In this document: in pieces, positions 23,128-38,094 of the stretch | How positions within the stretch are numbered: position 1 is the stretch's first letter | Layout of the letters: each line of letters opens with the position of its first letter | NCBI GenBank assembly: GCA_973895155.1 | Contig: OZ316897.1 | Coordinates: 1,328,515-1,392,514 of the forward strand | Direction of reading: 5' to 3' | Source of the DNA: Marsupella aquatica | Taxonomy: Eukaryota > Plantae > Marchantiophyta | DNA: 64,000 nucleotides | Notes under the pieces: model-generated | Told to the model about the DNA's origin: nothing | The model's input: only the letters and a program-made list of their open reading frames with translations | The model's database searches: none | Position numbers and translations under genes: made by a program

Positions 23128-25744
23128 TCACTTGTAATCATGCCCGGCATGTTCAGGTCTATGTGAGACCTCGTAGTCAAGGTGGACAAAAGCACGCTCG
23201 ATATCAGGTAAGGATTCCAGCTTGTTCTGTAGGGACTCCCCGATATCATGTGCTTCCTCTAAAGTCATGTCTCTAGGCAGAACAATGTCCACCTCTGCAA
23301 AATAATGCTCTCCAAATGTATATGCTCGAACTGTATCTATTTGGCGAATGTGTTTGTGATGGTTCCAACACAGGTAGGTCAGTTTCTTCAGGTAGTCCGG
23401 ACTTGCAGTCTTACTCGCCAAAGAATTCACATTCTTCTTCACGGCCATTGACCATGTTCGTATTGTGTACAGAGCCAGCTGCATAACGACACAAGCAAAT
23501 GACAATCACTTAGGGAAAATTTTCTCACTCCCTTCAGCTCAAAGAACTTGGAATTGATCTATCTTCCACTGGAAGCAATAGGTAATCCACACATGGGTAC
23601 ATACACACGAAGCGCACCAGCTGAACATGGGAACAAGACAAACTCGCAACGCTTCTGATCCAAGTCAATGCCAGGATCGGAGACTTACCAAAATAGCTCC
23701 CACGGGATCAATCCACCAGCCAAAGAGGGACGCCAAAAGGGCTGCTAGAAGACCGATCACATTGGTGACAACATCAAAGAAGTGATCAAGGGCATATGTT
23801 CTGACAATCTCATTATCAAACAGTCGACAATACAACATGAGACACAGCTTCACTACTGATGCTCCCGCCATGATTCCCACCACCCAAAATCGTTTGGACC
23901 CACGAAGATCAAAAGAGTGATCCTGTAAACAATCATGAGACCCAACGTACAGATAAGTAATAGACCTACAGGAGAGCAACACGAAAGATACTAAGATGCT
24001 ATTAGGAGCTTTGTTCTTTGTTTGCAAAGAAGGACAAGCAGCACTTAGCATCTACCCAGACAGTCAAGAGCAGCATCGATGACCAACAATGACAACGATG
24101 CAGCGCTCCTTCAGGCAAGTCAGCTAACACCTACTTTTGATCGAACTTCTAACATGTAAACCAAGCCAAAAAACCGTCAGAAAATGGAGAGTTCCGGTAC
24201 TTGCCGCGGATACGAGTCTTTTAAGAGATTCATAGATAATCAGTAGACCCAATGTCGCCATAACGGATGCAAAAACCAGAATACCCTGCTCAATGTGTCA
24301 AAACCAGGATGTTACATTAATTAGAAACTAGAACTGCAACTCCTGGTTACAGACTCTACAAAATATTTTACTGGATCGAATGAAACCGTCGCAGATTATA
24401 GGCATAGGGTTACAGGGACAAGTTAGGATATGCAGTCTTTCTGATCGAAGCATGACTCCCTGTCTAGGAAACCCCTAGTACGGAGAGACCTATCATATGC
24501 CTTTCAAGTAACGCCACAGCAGCTAACAGCAATAGGGTTGCCCGTTCTCTTGAAGAAGAAAATCTAGCCTTAGCCTTTCTGAAACAACTGAACATTGACT
24601 GCCAGGACCTGTGCGCTCCTTTTCACAGGGAGAGTATGTTTGAGCGGCAATCAATGTCTATGCTGAATCAATAAACGCGGTCCATGACCAAAAAACTATG
24701 GCATTTAGCAACTTTGAAGGTGAAATGGTTAGAAGAACGTACGATTGGTTGCATCCTGTTCTTGCCGATTGGATACAGATACGGGTTGGGTCTTCTTATC
24801 GAGTGAGACGTGAACCATAGAATGAAGCCTGATAGGAGATCCATGAAGGAATCTAGGGTAGAAGCCAAGATGGCCAGAGATCCACTCTTGACGGATGCAA
24901 ATAGTTTTGCTGCAAACAGTATAAGGTTGACTACATTGGAAATTCGAATCGCACGAACTTCTCCCCTTTCGATTTTTGCCCTTTCGTCCTGCGGTGTTGA
25001 GGAGCAAATTTGCAAAAGGACCGATTAGCTTTATTTGACCTTAATGGAGGGCGGTGTCAATCTGTTGATAATGCAGACGACTCCACAATATTCTACGACA
25101 TTTTACGTCTGTGAGTAAAATTATTGGGGTTGAAATCCGGAATTTCTGAGCTCAAAGACTACTCGATTTGGTCCACACTCATTTCTGTGAACTTCTTCCG
25201 CGTATTTCTTCACTTTCATGCACCTAAGCTTACCTTACCATAGTTGTGGTAGGCCGGTATCCATGCTCTGTGATGTCGTCCATCTCTTTGTACGTATCCA
25301 GCATTTCGTCTTGGTGCCGATAATATTTAGCAACTCCATTGTCAAATCCTGCAAACACATGACATCAGCTTATTACATGCTCGCAATTATATATCATCGC
25401 AAATTGATTCGCAAACCTATATATTGGCTACTCATTAGAAACAGAAACGGCAAGAAGGTATTCTCTGTGAAGCCCAACACTTTATTTACAGAAATTATCA
25501 AATTGGCAAATCATGAACACGGAGTGTGTAGGCATTGGCAGGACGCACCGAACACTTTGAGGCATTTATGTAGGCTCGCTTGCAAAGAATCTGGAGAGTT
25601 TTCGGACATTCTTTCACGGGGGAATCTGTTGTAATTGAGACGCCACGTGAGATCATCTGTCCTGCCGCTGGTCCAGCCCAGCGACTCGTCCTGGATCTCC
25701 TCGCCTGCCCTCCCATCTGACCCTAAGGCCTCCATGTCGGCCAT
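23128..25744 (-). CDS. MTP: Metal tolerance protein, Mn-CDF family (MTP8/MTP9-11 group), 6 exons
   Basis: [77 protein letters not shown]; DxxxD/DxxxD Mn-type motifs. Confidence 0.95.
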
Positions 25745-27169
25745 CACAACAGTAACTCCAGTAGTCCCTTGCCCAGATTTGCCTGTCTGTGCGTCTTTGT
25801 AAAAAGTTGAGACTCAGATCGTTCTTTGTGTCCTAATCGACGCCTTCGATTATAAGGTTACTCACGAATTTTATGATCTAAACGATCAGTCATTCCTGAC
25901 AGGTGCGACCTCCATTTGAAATGTTCACTTCCAATTCAAAGGCAAGTGCACTGAAGAGTGATCGCTACAGGGGCCCGTTGTTCAGGACCGATTTCCCATT
26001 CGGATCCGATTCGGAGGCTCAATGTGATCTCTGGAAGGCTCCTTTGCTTGTCCGATCTCCAATTCAAAGGCTCCTTCCACTTGCATGAATACCCCACTCG
26101 ACGGCCTTCAGACGGATGTCAGCACAACTTCTTCTGCTCCTCGGAAAGACGCACGTCATCGCCTTGCACTCGATCCAGGAATTGATTGGATGCCACGTAC
26201 ATCGGAATCAGACGTCACCTGGGATCGGATACCACCTGCAAAACGAATGACATGGCCGATCAGATCAACAATAAAATACCGCACCACGACATCATGAGCA
26301 GGATTGGCACGGTAGTGTCTGTACAGTACTAATAATAATGAGAAAAATTAATTGTTTCTAGCAGATTATTTTGCAGTACTCCGACAGTCAAAACGGATTC
26401 ACGTTCGTGGCGAGATAATTGTTTCTCGCAGATTATTTTGCAGTACTCCGACAGTCAAAACGGATTCACGTTCGTGGCGAGATTCTGTCTTCTGGGGCAA
26501 GCCTTTCATTCAGGATTAGTAGGGCGTATGCTGCACGCATTGCTGATTCATCCAATGTTTTCGTTTCAGTTTTCCGACAGCAGAATCTTGTACCTATCCA
26601 CAGAGTGTGGTTCATTAAGAATTAGGCAAGTGAATAAGATGCAATTTAATGGGTCCTACAAAACAATGGCCGATGATGACCTTTTGAGAGGCGTGAGAAC
26701 ACTGAACGAGAAGAAGGCTCAAGCAGTCACGTGCATCCCCCGCTCAAGCAACTCGTTTAACTCCTAACATACAGTAGTAGTCACCGCGTTGTGCTGGAGC
26801 AACTTTTTCTAAATCCCGTCAATCCCGTCCTGGTGCACGCCGACCTTTGCTTCTCCTGCGTTTCGTCTCCAAATCATGCGAGCTGCTTGAATTCTTTCAG
26901 TGTGGGTGCTCTTGAAGTACTGGAGTGAAGTTTTCTCATGGCAAAACCAAAGGGAAGGAATCAGCAGGATTTGAGACAATCACCGAGACATTTGAATTCG
27001 AAGACAGGCTCTATTTTCAACCGATTGATTCGATAATCAACCGAATGACATCACCGATCAGACCACTCCAGTACTCTAAATGAACTGGAATGAAGTTCTT
27101 CTCATGGCAAAACCGAAAGGCTTGAATCAGGAAACTTTGCGCACTTCGCAGGTACTACTCCCGACTGTC

Positions 27170-27385
27170 ATCTACAATACGATTCGCTTCGTGATCTCGT
27201 GAGGTAATTGCAATTCTGTGCATCCTGTCTTCTAGAAATCGATTCGCTTTGTGATTCCGCGTGGGCTACTGTACTATTCTCTACATCCTGTCTTCTAGAA
27301 ATCGATTCGTTTCGTGATCCTCGCGCAACTGAAGGCTTAGTTTGCAATTCTGTACATCATGTCTACTAAAATCGATTCGTTTCAT
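27170..27385. repeat. ~60-bp tandem repeat x4 (core CTAGAAATCGATTCG.TT.GTGAT)
   Basis: Visible units; the inverted paralogue at ~48365-48517 has about 3 units and abuts the copia insertion. Confidence 0.7.
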
Positions 27386-27911
27386 CAGCAGAGCTCTCGC
27401 TTCGTCGTTGGCTGGCATCATGCAGAGCCAAGCTTCTGTAGCAACCCAGCAGATCTCATACACTCCCCTCTTCCCTCGAATTTCCCCGAACACAACTCGA
27501 AGATGAAGAATTTTGGGTCCTGTGACAACAAACATATATGAATTGGAACCCTGGGTCTATTTTCATTTTTTATACTCCCACTCATATATCAAGAGGGCCT
27601 ATATTCATTTTTATACTTGCACTCATATATCAAAGTGTAAAAAAACAAAAGGAGCCCCAACCACACAGGCCAAAGACCCAATCAAGGGGTGAAGGCAAGG
27701 AGCGAAATGAGCTATGTACACATCATTGTTGGGCATGGCTGATGAAATAACTGTGACAACAAGATTGAACACCACTGGAAAATGTTACATCGTGAATTCA
27801 GGGAGCTCTTTCAAATTTAACTAAAATAAAAGTTTAAAGACACCATGGCTAACTCACCCTCACTCAACAAGAGTGTGGTCCATAAGTCGTGCTCGAAGTC
27901 ATGCGGCTAAT

Positions 27912-28995
27912 TTAGATTGCTGCTAGTTCTTGCGGTCCTCTGATCTCCTGGTGTTGTTCCGATCTCTTGTGCGCATGCGATTTGATGGGCAATGTTGTGG
28001 GTGACAAGAGGAAACATTGTCGAACTATGTAGTGCAAAAAGCAATACACTTCAAGAACTTCTTCCTCCTTGTATGCCAAAATATCCAGCAGATACACTTT
28101 ACTGACCCAAAGTCGCCCATCATGATCAATGGAGATGAATTTCCAGACTGATGCATTGGAGAAGGTCCCCCACACCATGCAATTGGGTCTCCTCTCTCGG
28201 TGAAGACATGCTGTCCGGCGTAGCACTGCCAAATGGCCACATTGTCCCAGGAACAGCTTCCCCCTACTGCTATGAGATGGGAATCACTGGGTTGTGAGTA
28301 GTCCTTGATGCCCCTCCCTCCAACATGTCCAATCAGGTAATCAAGAACACCGCTGAGCTTGCAGTCCTGGCCGTCCATCAATCCTGGACCAGACTCCATC
28401 TTCACTTCACAAAAGATGCGCAGCTTAGACTCAAACTCAGCCTGGCTAATAACATCTTGTAGGAAAAGATCTAGGATAGTGCGCAGACTGGCCTCGGAGT
28501 TCATTGACCAAACTCTAGACTTCTGAATGACAAAGGACATGAAGCACTGAGAAGGGCGAATGTTGTTGTCAAAATCATCAACAATCCACGTTTTCTCAGT
28601 ACATATGACACCTGCGATGCCTGCAATTTGATGTAAATTGGCTTCAGTGAAACTCACACTCCATGTTTTGGTCGGGCTAATGGTTTTGAGGAAATCGAAC
28701 CCCTGTTCCAACGTCTGAATCTGCCATTGATGCAGCTGGATCCGGCTTTCAAACCGCGAGAGCTGCCTTTGGAGATCTTGGAAGCGCTCATTCTCAATGC
28801 ATTCGAGCTCAGTCTTCTCTTCATCTGTAGAGTTGTTCTTGATCCTTAGCTGTACTGGAGCGATGTGTTGATTTCTATTTCAATGCGCCCAATTTTGTCG
28901 TGAAGTGAGTTGATGCATCTGTTGATGAGCGTGATTTGTTCATAAGCGACCAACATTCTACCTTGCAAATCCTCAGGCTTAAAAGAGCCCTCCAT
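27912..28995 (-). pseudogene. Frameshifted copy of the coiled-coil + PD-(D/E)XK-like gene
   Basis: Three ORF pieces (28846-29082, 28025-28711, 27912-28232) align to the 46273-47463 protein; small deletions cause the frameshifts. Confidence 0.9.
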
Positions 28996-31124
28996 TTTAC
29001 CGTGACGTCCAGTCCTAGCAGAGCCAAAATTGAGACAAGCGAATGCGACAGCAAGAGGTAGAGAATCTGCAATCTGTTTCACAGTGCAAAATTGTCAACA
29101 TAGGGCCACTTTGGTACCGACACCTAACCTATTCCGTTCAACTTTACTATGAAACTTAATCCAGTGGAACTGGACCGTTAAACCTTCCACCAACGGATCA
29201 AGTGATCTACCCGAGTGATCTACCCGAGTTAGATTGCTGACCTTGAACAAACAGATAAGCAGCTCGGAAAGCAGCTCCTAGTTTCGAATTGGCAACAGCA
29301 AACACACTCAAACCGACGACAGTTGAATTGCTCTTATTGTATATTCTTGTATATCGAAGAAGCAAAGAAAGACATAGCCGAACAGGCAGAGGTTGGAAAA
29401 TAACGACGAGTGTTGGGCTCTGCCGTGTGCGTGGGTTGCTTCGACCTCAACACACGGTTCCAACGTCGTTTTGTGACACACAAGAGGAGACCTTCACTCA
29501 TTCGTCCAATTCGTCCAACATGATTGACATGACCAGTGAGGATATGAATTCACAAATAGGGGATACTTTTTGACTTCTGACGGAGAGAGAGTAAAAATTC
29601 CAGTAGAAGACCTTTGTTCCCCTTGCAAGCTATTGGCACCCGACACTTTGGTAGGTTTCCCACGGGAAAGGCAAACATCTTTTGGAGAGAAAAAGAAAAT
29701 TCTATGAATACAAAAAATATGTCGGGCGATGCAAAGAATATACAATGGGCGACAAACATAAATAAAGTTTAAATGATGGCTAAAAAGAAGCATTGTGATA
29801 TAGGGTTGAATCACCTTAAACAACAAGTATCTGCACTCACAAATGGAAAATGAAACACCTCACCTTCAAAAACACGAAAGATGGAAGGGGGTGGGCAAGG
29901 GTTAAACTTGGCCCCATAAACTTGACCAAAACCTAACAGAGAAACAAAAGATAACACCGCCCCCATCCCTCCAACATTATTAAAAAATAGGAAAACAAAG
30001 TGACTAAAATTAAAATTAAACTAATCAAAATAATATATGTATGCTCCTTATCATAAACCTCCCATCTAGGCTTTTGTAGGTGTCTCCTATGTAGTAAAGT
30101 ATAGGCGTATAGGTATAAGTGTATCACCTCTATCATCATATTTTGATAAATCAATTTATTATTGTATGATATAATTCATACATGTAATGAACTCTAATAA
30201 CCTATGGTACATAGCTCCCCTCATCAGATAATATGACGTTCAACGGCACCCCATTGTACACAATCCAATGGTGACAAAAAAGGCCCAAAATGTCTTTAGT
30301 GGCCATTTTTATTCACTGGCTTCACATATCATAGAAGTAGATTGAGAGACCTACAAATTACCAAGGATGTCTATCTCCTTTTTTCGTTGGCCTCATCAAT
30401 GCTAGATATACTCTGCAGAAAAAGAGGGTTTGGCTGACTTCCATCCGAACTGCAAAAAATCTATCAGAGCATTTTGGCTAACATGGAGGTCCATCTTGGT
30501 TTCAATTTCCATTCACCCTCTTCGTTTGAGTTTCGAGTTTGTCCTCGCTGGCCCTCCTCAAGTTTGACTGGGTTGTACGGTGTTTGGCACTTGTTAATAA
30601 ATTAGTCTTTTTGGTTGTTCGAATGAAGATAAGAGGCATAGAGAGGACGATTTGACCAGATCACCACATGATATTTAATCAACCTTAGTCCTTTGTGTTG
30701 ATTACTCATCTTTTCTGCCTCAATTGCAGAGTGATTTCTATGGATAGGCATACCCCAAGATAAAACCATAGCCCAATGCCATGAATTGTGTTCAAAGCTC
30801 TAAAATACAGAATCACAATTTGGCAATAGATCCTACATCCCACTTCACAGACCCAATGCGAGGTATAGGCGGGTCAAGTATAACGAGTTGAAGTGTACTC
30901 CTGAACTCCTAATGTGCTCCAAGTCGTTCGCTTCTCTCGTAGACTAAAGATGCAGGCCCTAAAAGTGAAATTTCTCCACCCAGTGCCCATAAGATACGAT
31001 CAAGTATCATGACACAAAAATGAGGACAAAACTTCGGCTCTGAAATTTCAACCTTGTATGTTGCACATCTGTGTTTGGGAGGTACACAACTTAGCCCCGC
31101 CCATATTCCCAAGAGAACTGTAAC

Positions 31125-34100
31125 TCAGGCCGTCACCAGGTTGGGAGAAAATACACCATTCTGCTGGCCATTCGGGACATGTTTCATGCCTGTCTTCGCA
31201 GCCCTCCTTTGGGCATGCTCTTCGTAGTGAGCAAACGCAGTATCAAGTGCCTTTCATCATATAAAAACAATTGTCTCATCATTCATTCTTCTTTAAGGGG
31301 ACTGCAAGACCTGGTCCTGGTTAGAAGAAGTTGAATAGCAAAAGACAGACGAGGCAAGAAGCAATTATAGCAGGAAAAACTCCAAAGAGCAGGCAAAATA
31401 AGACTAACCCTCCCTATGACGAATGAAAATTGCAAACTTGATAACAGACTCTCTGACGACTTGGAATCGGGGCACTTGCATGTCGCACACCTGAAGCATG
31501 GGATGCACAAGCTGCGATATGTGATGCCGGTGTTCTGCAGGGGCTGCATCCTTGATGCTCTGCACTTTCAATGTGTTATTTCCTTCATCATTTAACTTGA
31601 AGAGTAGGCTTGTCAGTAGAGAGGCCAACAGTAACAGGTTTCGGTTGTAAGTTCATTTCCCTAGGAAGCAACTCAAAGCCGTCATAACCTCCTAATACTT
31701 TGATAACCCCTGGTACGCTTACAACCAGTTCTGCAATTTGCCGTTTTATGACAACAAAATCTGACAAACCCATCCTCTTACAAGTAATTAAACAGTGAAC
31801 CATACATTCGCAGCCATCACATTTTGGAGTACAACCAACGAGCGTTTTACAAGAAGAGAAGAGGCTTGTATATGCACCTGGACTCGACTGTAATGTTGTG
31901 ACATTGCCTCCTTCAGCCGGTTAACCTAGACAGGGCAATTAAAATAGGGGCGTCATACATCAGATTAAAGCAGCTGCTATTCCGAAAGACCATACAATCT
32001 GTCGGCCCCCTTCTATATCAACCAGGGAGTGTACACCCACATAATTCCGATGTGAGCCTGCAGCTTGAACAATCTCCAAAGCAATAGCTGCCAACAAAAT
32101 TATCCGCGCAACCTTTCCGAACAGACAACAAAAAGACGACATTGTGCGAGCTCTTAAGAGGGTAACAAGATCTATAACTACAAAAAGATTCCTTCAACCC
32201 TGGTATAGATCTTCCACGAGATCAAGTTAAAAAAGGCTAAAAAGGTCTCTCACCTTATTTACAAGAGCAGGTGAGGTCAAAGGATATGATGCCCAAAAAT
32301 GCCGGAGCAGTTCATTTCCCGTCGCTGATTGCTGCATTGTTAACAACGTTCGCATCAGTATCTCACATAGGCGATAAGCTATTCGTATCTCAGCAGGGCT
32401 TTCAGAGTCAAATATGAGATTCTCATGAACAACGTAGGGCTCATCTATCCCTTGAGTATCTTCTCTTCAATACGCTTGGGTACCTGATGTGCACGCTTGT
32501 GGTCAATCTACCTTAGTATACTGTGTTTGCTGACTGTTTGATCATTGCAGCTTTTCTGGGTAGACTATGTACAGTACTGGTCATAGGATGCTGTGTAGAT
32601 TAAAATGGCTGTCATTCGTTCAATTTAGCTTTACCTGTAGTATCTCATCTTTCATTGCCCGAGGAAGATTGTCCAGCACGTTTTTTTCCGCAGTTTTGCC
32701 CAAAGTATACCTGGTAGAAGATGCATCTCTATTCAGGTCATTCATAACCTGTCGCAACACAAGTCCGAACTCACCAGAATTAAAAGGAGCAATCTTGCAT
32801 CCTCGGAGAAAAGACTGCTATGTTGTGCAACCAGATCAGGGCCTAGAAAATGAGTATAGATTCAAGCTAGGTTGATAATTGAATTAAAAGGTAAGACAGC
32901 GAGCAGATTTATGGCTTATCTTGGGATTTAGACTTACTTTCAAAGCTACTTCTGGTGTCATCACTGTCTCAGGCAATCCGTTTCTTTCGAATGCAGCTAA
33001 CTGTTCATGAAAGCATTCTAATGCCTCTGAAGGGTCGGATGAAGTTGGTCCTTGTGGTCCAGCATCTCCAGTAGCACCAGCCTGTTGTGACTCGAAGTAT
33101 TTTCGGGGATCCTGCATCAGAAAGAATAAAATGACCTCAAAGACCAGATCTCCAATTTCCTGCAAGCACAGCCTATACGAGGCAGCCAAAGTGCAGCTCG
33201 TGAAAAAATAGAATAGACTAAAGCCACGGGCACGGAAAAGTAATGCAAGCTACATAAGAGCTTGGTCTCGCTATCTAGCGATTTCCCCAGGTTACACAAC
33301 CCTGATCCTTGAAGGCAATACCTTTCTCCACCGACAAAGGAAGCTAAGTAAGGAGGCAGTTAAAAAAGCTTCGCGTTAAACGGTTGGAGCAAAACGATAG
33401 CATCAAAATCCACTTCAACGGATTAGCCACCGTCATGGACAGAGAGAATACAGACCTGGATGCAAAGAGGAACCAGTTCAGGCTCATGCGGTCCTTCTAA
33501 ATCTTCATTCACCGTCATTTGGTGTATTCTCTCCAACCGTCGTTTTTTAAAATCAACTGTATTCTTCTCTGCCTCAACTGTTCACATTACAAAGGCATCT
33601 ACGTTAGAACATCCCCATTCAATATCCGACGACTCGCAGAACCAAGGTAAGAGACCGTGCAGCAAACCTCAAAAACCAATTGTGTCTGACGGCAATGTAA
33701 AGAGTTTGTGCAACGCTCACAAACAACCCACGATACTACTGACAGCCTCACCTTGCTGAGCGATAGCAAGTGCCTGTGCCACTGATGCGGTGTCCTTCGC
33801 ATTCTGTAATGCATCTGACAGGTGACAAGAATCAACACTTCAGACGTTAAAAATACGAGTGGCAGAGGTTCACTTCGCAAACCAGATAAAAACATGTGCG
33901 ACTATTAAGATTCACAGAATAAACGTTTTTCAGACGTCCAAATGTCTGAACACAGCATGAACATGAGACGGGAATCACACAACCTAGCGGACAGCCGTCA
34001 AGGACTACAGCAGCATGTCTATTTATGTCGTTCATAATGCTCCTCTTCCTTGGCGCTGTACCGATTTCCTCGGGCTCCTTATTTCCATCTCTTAGGATCC

Positions 34101-37100
34101 CATGCCCCTACAGGTCGCAGATATTTGCACTAGTTAAAAGGACAGCACTTACTACACCAAGCTGCAAGAGGGTTGGCAATGTTGCTATTACACCCCTAAC
34201 GGTCGGTCAGTGTACACGGTCATCAAATGTGAGAGCAATCAACGTTGGGGAACAGGTACTTGTTTCAGTATTCCTAGAACCTTTGGACATGAGAGCGTAG
34301 TATCAACCATGCATCTCCACAAAATTGCCTCATAACATGCTCATAAACAAACTGGACCGTTTACTGACAGATTCACACATCAGGCACAGCTAATTACTTC
34401 ATCACGTTAGAGGAGTACTATTATAAATGATGTGTACGACAAACGTTAGTGCCCAGACATTCAAGTCCGGACCTCCATTATATCAGACCAAAGTTCTAGG
34501 GAAAATTCAGGTTGCAAACTACATTGCGCTTATACAGGAAATTTAGAAACGACATTACCGGCAAGTGTGTGTAGTCGTCTGCTAAGTCTGCTTCCATGTC
34601 CAGTGTCGGGTCCACCTTTTTAATCTGTCATCAAGGAAGCTCGAATTATGTGGGAGGTTGAAGTAAAACCTAGGAGCTAAACTGCTCCATACTGCAGTGA
34701 TCATTTCAAAACTGAGCTGATCCTCAAACAGACTCCTCTCAACGATCTTGGAGATCGTGTAGAAGAGCACGGGTCTGCAGTATAGCTATGCAAAAGTAAG
34801 ATTATAAGAGGCCCTCGTAAGGTTAGACACCAAATGGCTGTATCTCATCATTTAGCAAATTATTAGCAAAACGATCTCCCTAAACCAGGCAACTACCTTT
34901 CGCTGCGATTCACTCAAAATGATGTCATCCTCCTTTGTAAAGAGTGCAAGATCCTCATCGTCTGCTGCCTCAGCTGCTGCAGCTGCTTGGTTTTTGGTTC
35001 TATAGAGGTACTCCGCTCTACAATACTTTGTCCAAAACTCGACCTCAGTCATCTGCACAATTTCCAACAGGGAAAATCCCAGTTCAATCATTACTTTCAA
35101 ACACACCGTGTGGTAAAGAGCTGATCAGCTGTGTTATTAACTATAGTGAGCACCCCAGAATAGAATCTGGGAGAAAGAGTCAAAGCAATGCCCTACTCTG
35201 GAAGACTGACTCCAAGGACAACACCAACGAATGTCAAACGCTTCAAAGACAAATCAGTTAATCGAAGGTGAAAGTTCTAACTCAACTCCTCCAACTTCAA
35301 GCAGAAAATTCGAAGCAAAATCGGCCTATAGCCAAGAACCACAGCATTGATCTCCTATGATGATCTCGAGGACAATATTTAGGAGCATGCCTTGTTTGGA
35401 ACGTTCAATAGGAAGGCACGATGCACCGCTGGCTTCTCCGCAAAAATCTGCAAACGAACATCATGGAAGTATCGCGATATTACTCAAGCTCCTTAAATAT
35501 AGAGTCCCCAACAAGCTTTATTAGACACAATGAGCAAACTGCTCAAGTGAGAAGCTATTGTAAACCAGATCAATCCAACTAACGATTAGCGACCCAAAAC
35601 ATTTAAGGACTTGCATGTAACGTTAGACTCCTTTCTGGCCAGACCAGGCTCAAGACGTAGTCAAATTATTTGCACTTGCGCTGCCTTGGGTCTAGACCGA
35701 ATACCTGATGAATGATCTCTGGCGTGAGATTAAATGTGACTTTGTTGGTCTGCAGTGAACAAACTCTAGCATCATCAAACTGCCTGAGAAGGAGATCGCA
35801 CGAACGCAGATGCCTGCATATTACAAAAGAAAAAGATACAATTGACCATGTTCTGTTCTATGAAGCAAACCTCAATTTTTGGATCAAAGTTTCTGAAGCC
35901 AAGCGTGGGGCTACAAAAGTATACTTACTCGTCCATCGGTCAACGGACGAACATCTGCAAGCATGGCGCTCTTGAGACCTGTTCTTTGTTTTGGAGCTCG
36001 AGCTTCATCATCATCTAGCATATGCTGCACTCCCACCAATTGTGTCAGGAAGCCGCATTTGACCACCATCCTTCATTGCTTAGTGGCAGTACTTTCTACA
36101 TAGTTGTCTATAAACAATTGTCTCAAGAACCATAGATCTGCCGGTCAAGAAATTTACTGCATAAGTCATCAAAGCCTCCCAGAAGGTATTCATGACAAGG
36201 GAGCCAGACAAGCCAAAAAACAGATAACCTACGTGACATAGAAAGCTCTAATGGACTTGCAAGAATCAAGCCCAAGATTCAGATATACACTACAAAATCA
36301 TTTTGCAGATCACTATTGGGCCCATAAATTGCGAAGTTCCAGCAACATCGTGATTTCTCATTTCCAAGTTCCCCACTTCTAGGATCAAAATTAACCTGAC
36401 GACACGTTAAGATCATTTTCAAGATCGGCGAACTTCGTGAAAGAAGCAGAATTTAAACTATGGTGATTCAAACAATTTGAGTCATCAACCTTTCTCGCGT
36501 TCCAAAAGTCTGCTTCTGAGAGAACTCCGCCGATAACGAGTTGCGAATGCAACTTCTGCAACTCACTGCCAGATTTATGCCACAATGAGCGTCTTTCAAA
36601 AACAGTGTAGACACGCACATAGTATCCATTCGCACTATCGTTCATAGGATGATCCATATCCAACGTTCATGCAATTGATCCAAGATCAAATTTCACTTCA
36701 ACGAAGGAGAATCACAGCCACCCATCCTACGTTCCTTTCGCAAACTCCTTTGTCCTAGCATCACTCTTCCAAGTATATTTAACTTACCTGTCTGTCTGCA
36801 ACAGTTTCATCCGGCGCTCCATTTCAGCCTGATCAAATTGATCAAGTTGATGTGACAAGGAGGCCCCAGATGGCTTTGCAGGTTGACCTCCGGCTTGTAT
36901 TGTTGTAGACGGCTTGGAAGGCTGTCCCCCAGCCTGTACTCCAGATCCATTTTGCTTGCCAAGAATTTTGGCTACAAGCACAATAAATCAACTTGTATAG
37001 TTGCCACTACGGAATCAGGTGTAACTCATAACATGACTCCTACTAAGCCCCACAGAACTAACGAGAGGAGAGAAGTGTAAGTTTAAGTAATTATGTGCAC

Positions 37101-38094
37101 AGTGTCAAGTATTCTAGGCTGCATATCAGAGAGAAAACGTAAGAACTTATTTGGTCCCAGAAAACGAGGGGCGCTGCTCTTAAACAATACAATCCAAAGA
37201 GAGTCCTGTCAATGGGTTCTGAAACAGGACTCACCAACGTGGTCCCGGCAAATATCTCTGTCCGGAAAACCATCAAATTCAAAGACGAAACCATCAGCCT
37301 GCAAACATGAACAAGGACGAGTACCATCACGCCTAAGCACATTAGGTTCCCAACTGACGACATATAATCAAATCAGACCAACAAAGGGTGAAGTTACGAC
37401 AGTCCGTCTTCGTGGCACAATTTTAGAAGTTTTAGCAATCCGTACGGCAGGCTTGCCAAGTTGCTTGCATACCTTCGCATCTCCGCCTTTTGACAAATTT
37501 AACAGTGCCTTCTTGGTACCCTTGTTGAAGAAATGAGCTGGCACAAGCACTTCTACATTGTAAGAAACCATAAAGCACATCTCACTTTGCAGAGTCTGGT
37601 GAACGAACAGTATCTAATATACTCTCAAGCTAAACCCTAAACCCTTGTCATCCCCTGCTGAAGAAGCAAGAGAGGGTCAGCAATTAGAGCACTATGCTGG
37701 CAATCCAAAAACAAGTGCCACGAGGAGCAGATTCAAAATCTCCTTTCCAATGCTAAATCTGCATATCACCTTTGATTATTAAAAAAGGATGATCCACCGG
37801 AGTCGATATTTTTGGATCATTAGACATCCATTTGAATCGTGTCTCCGTCTGGAAAGACCATATCACAATCAGAAACAATACTGCATCGCCCCATGTGCCA
37901 AAAGTTCCTTTCTTTCAATGCAAGTCCATCTGTTTTCAACACCTTAATTATGAGGCTCTACTATCTCGTCAAGGGAATCGCTACCATTGTCAATGCACAA
38001 AGAACACAGTCATGGGTACGGGCACCGATTTCTTCTTATATCCCTCCACCATTATTTCATTCGGTACCCGTTTTGCACGTATCCCTTCGACCAT
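31125..38094 (-). CDS. TFB1: General transcription and DNA repair factor IIH subunit TFB1 (p62/GTF2H1), multi-exon
   Basis: Exon peptides MVEGIRAK..., TETRFKWMSNDP, HFFNKGTKKALLNL (PH domain), EMERRMKLLQTD/ELQKLHSQLVIGGVLSEADFWNARK and MTEVEFWTKYCRAEYL (BSD domains), DPRKYFESQQ, last exon ALDTAFAHYEE...VTA*. Confidence 0.92.

Larger units (their letters stand above)
25017..29601 (+). repeat. Segmental duplication B (inverted copy at 45786-56323): MTP 5' end, upstream region and nuclease-like gene
   Basis: Reverse-complement match from AGGACCGA.TAGCTTTATTTG (25017/56323) to GAGAGTAAAAATTCC (29601/45786). Confidence 0.95.

Noticed and set aside
27170-27385. Regularly spaced ~60-bp repeats resembling a CRISPR array
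   Set aside because: Eukaryotic context, units similar along their whole length, no unique spacers or cas genes.
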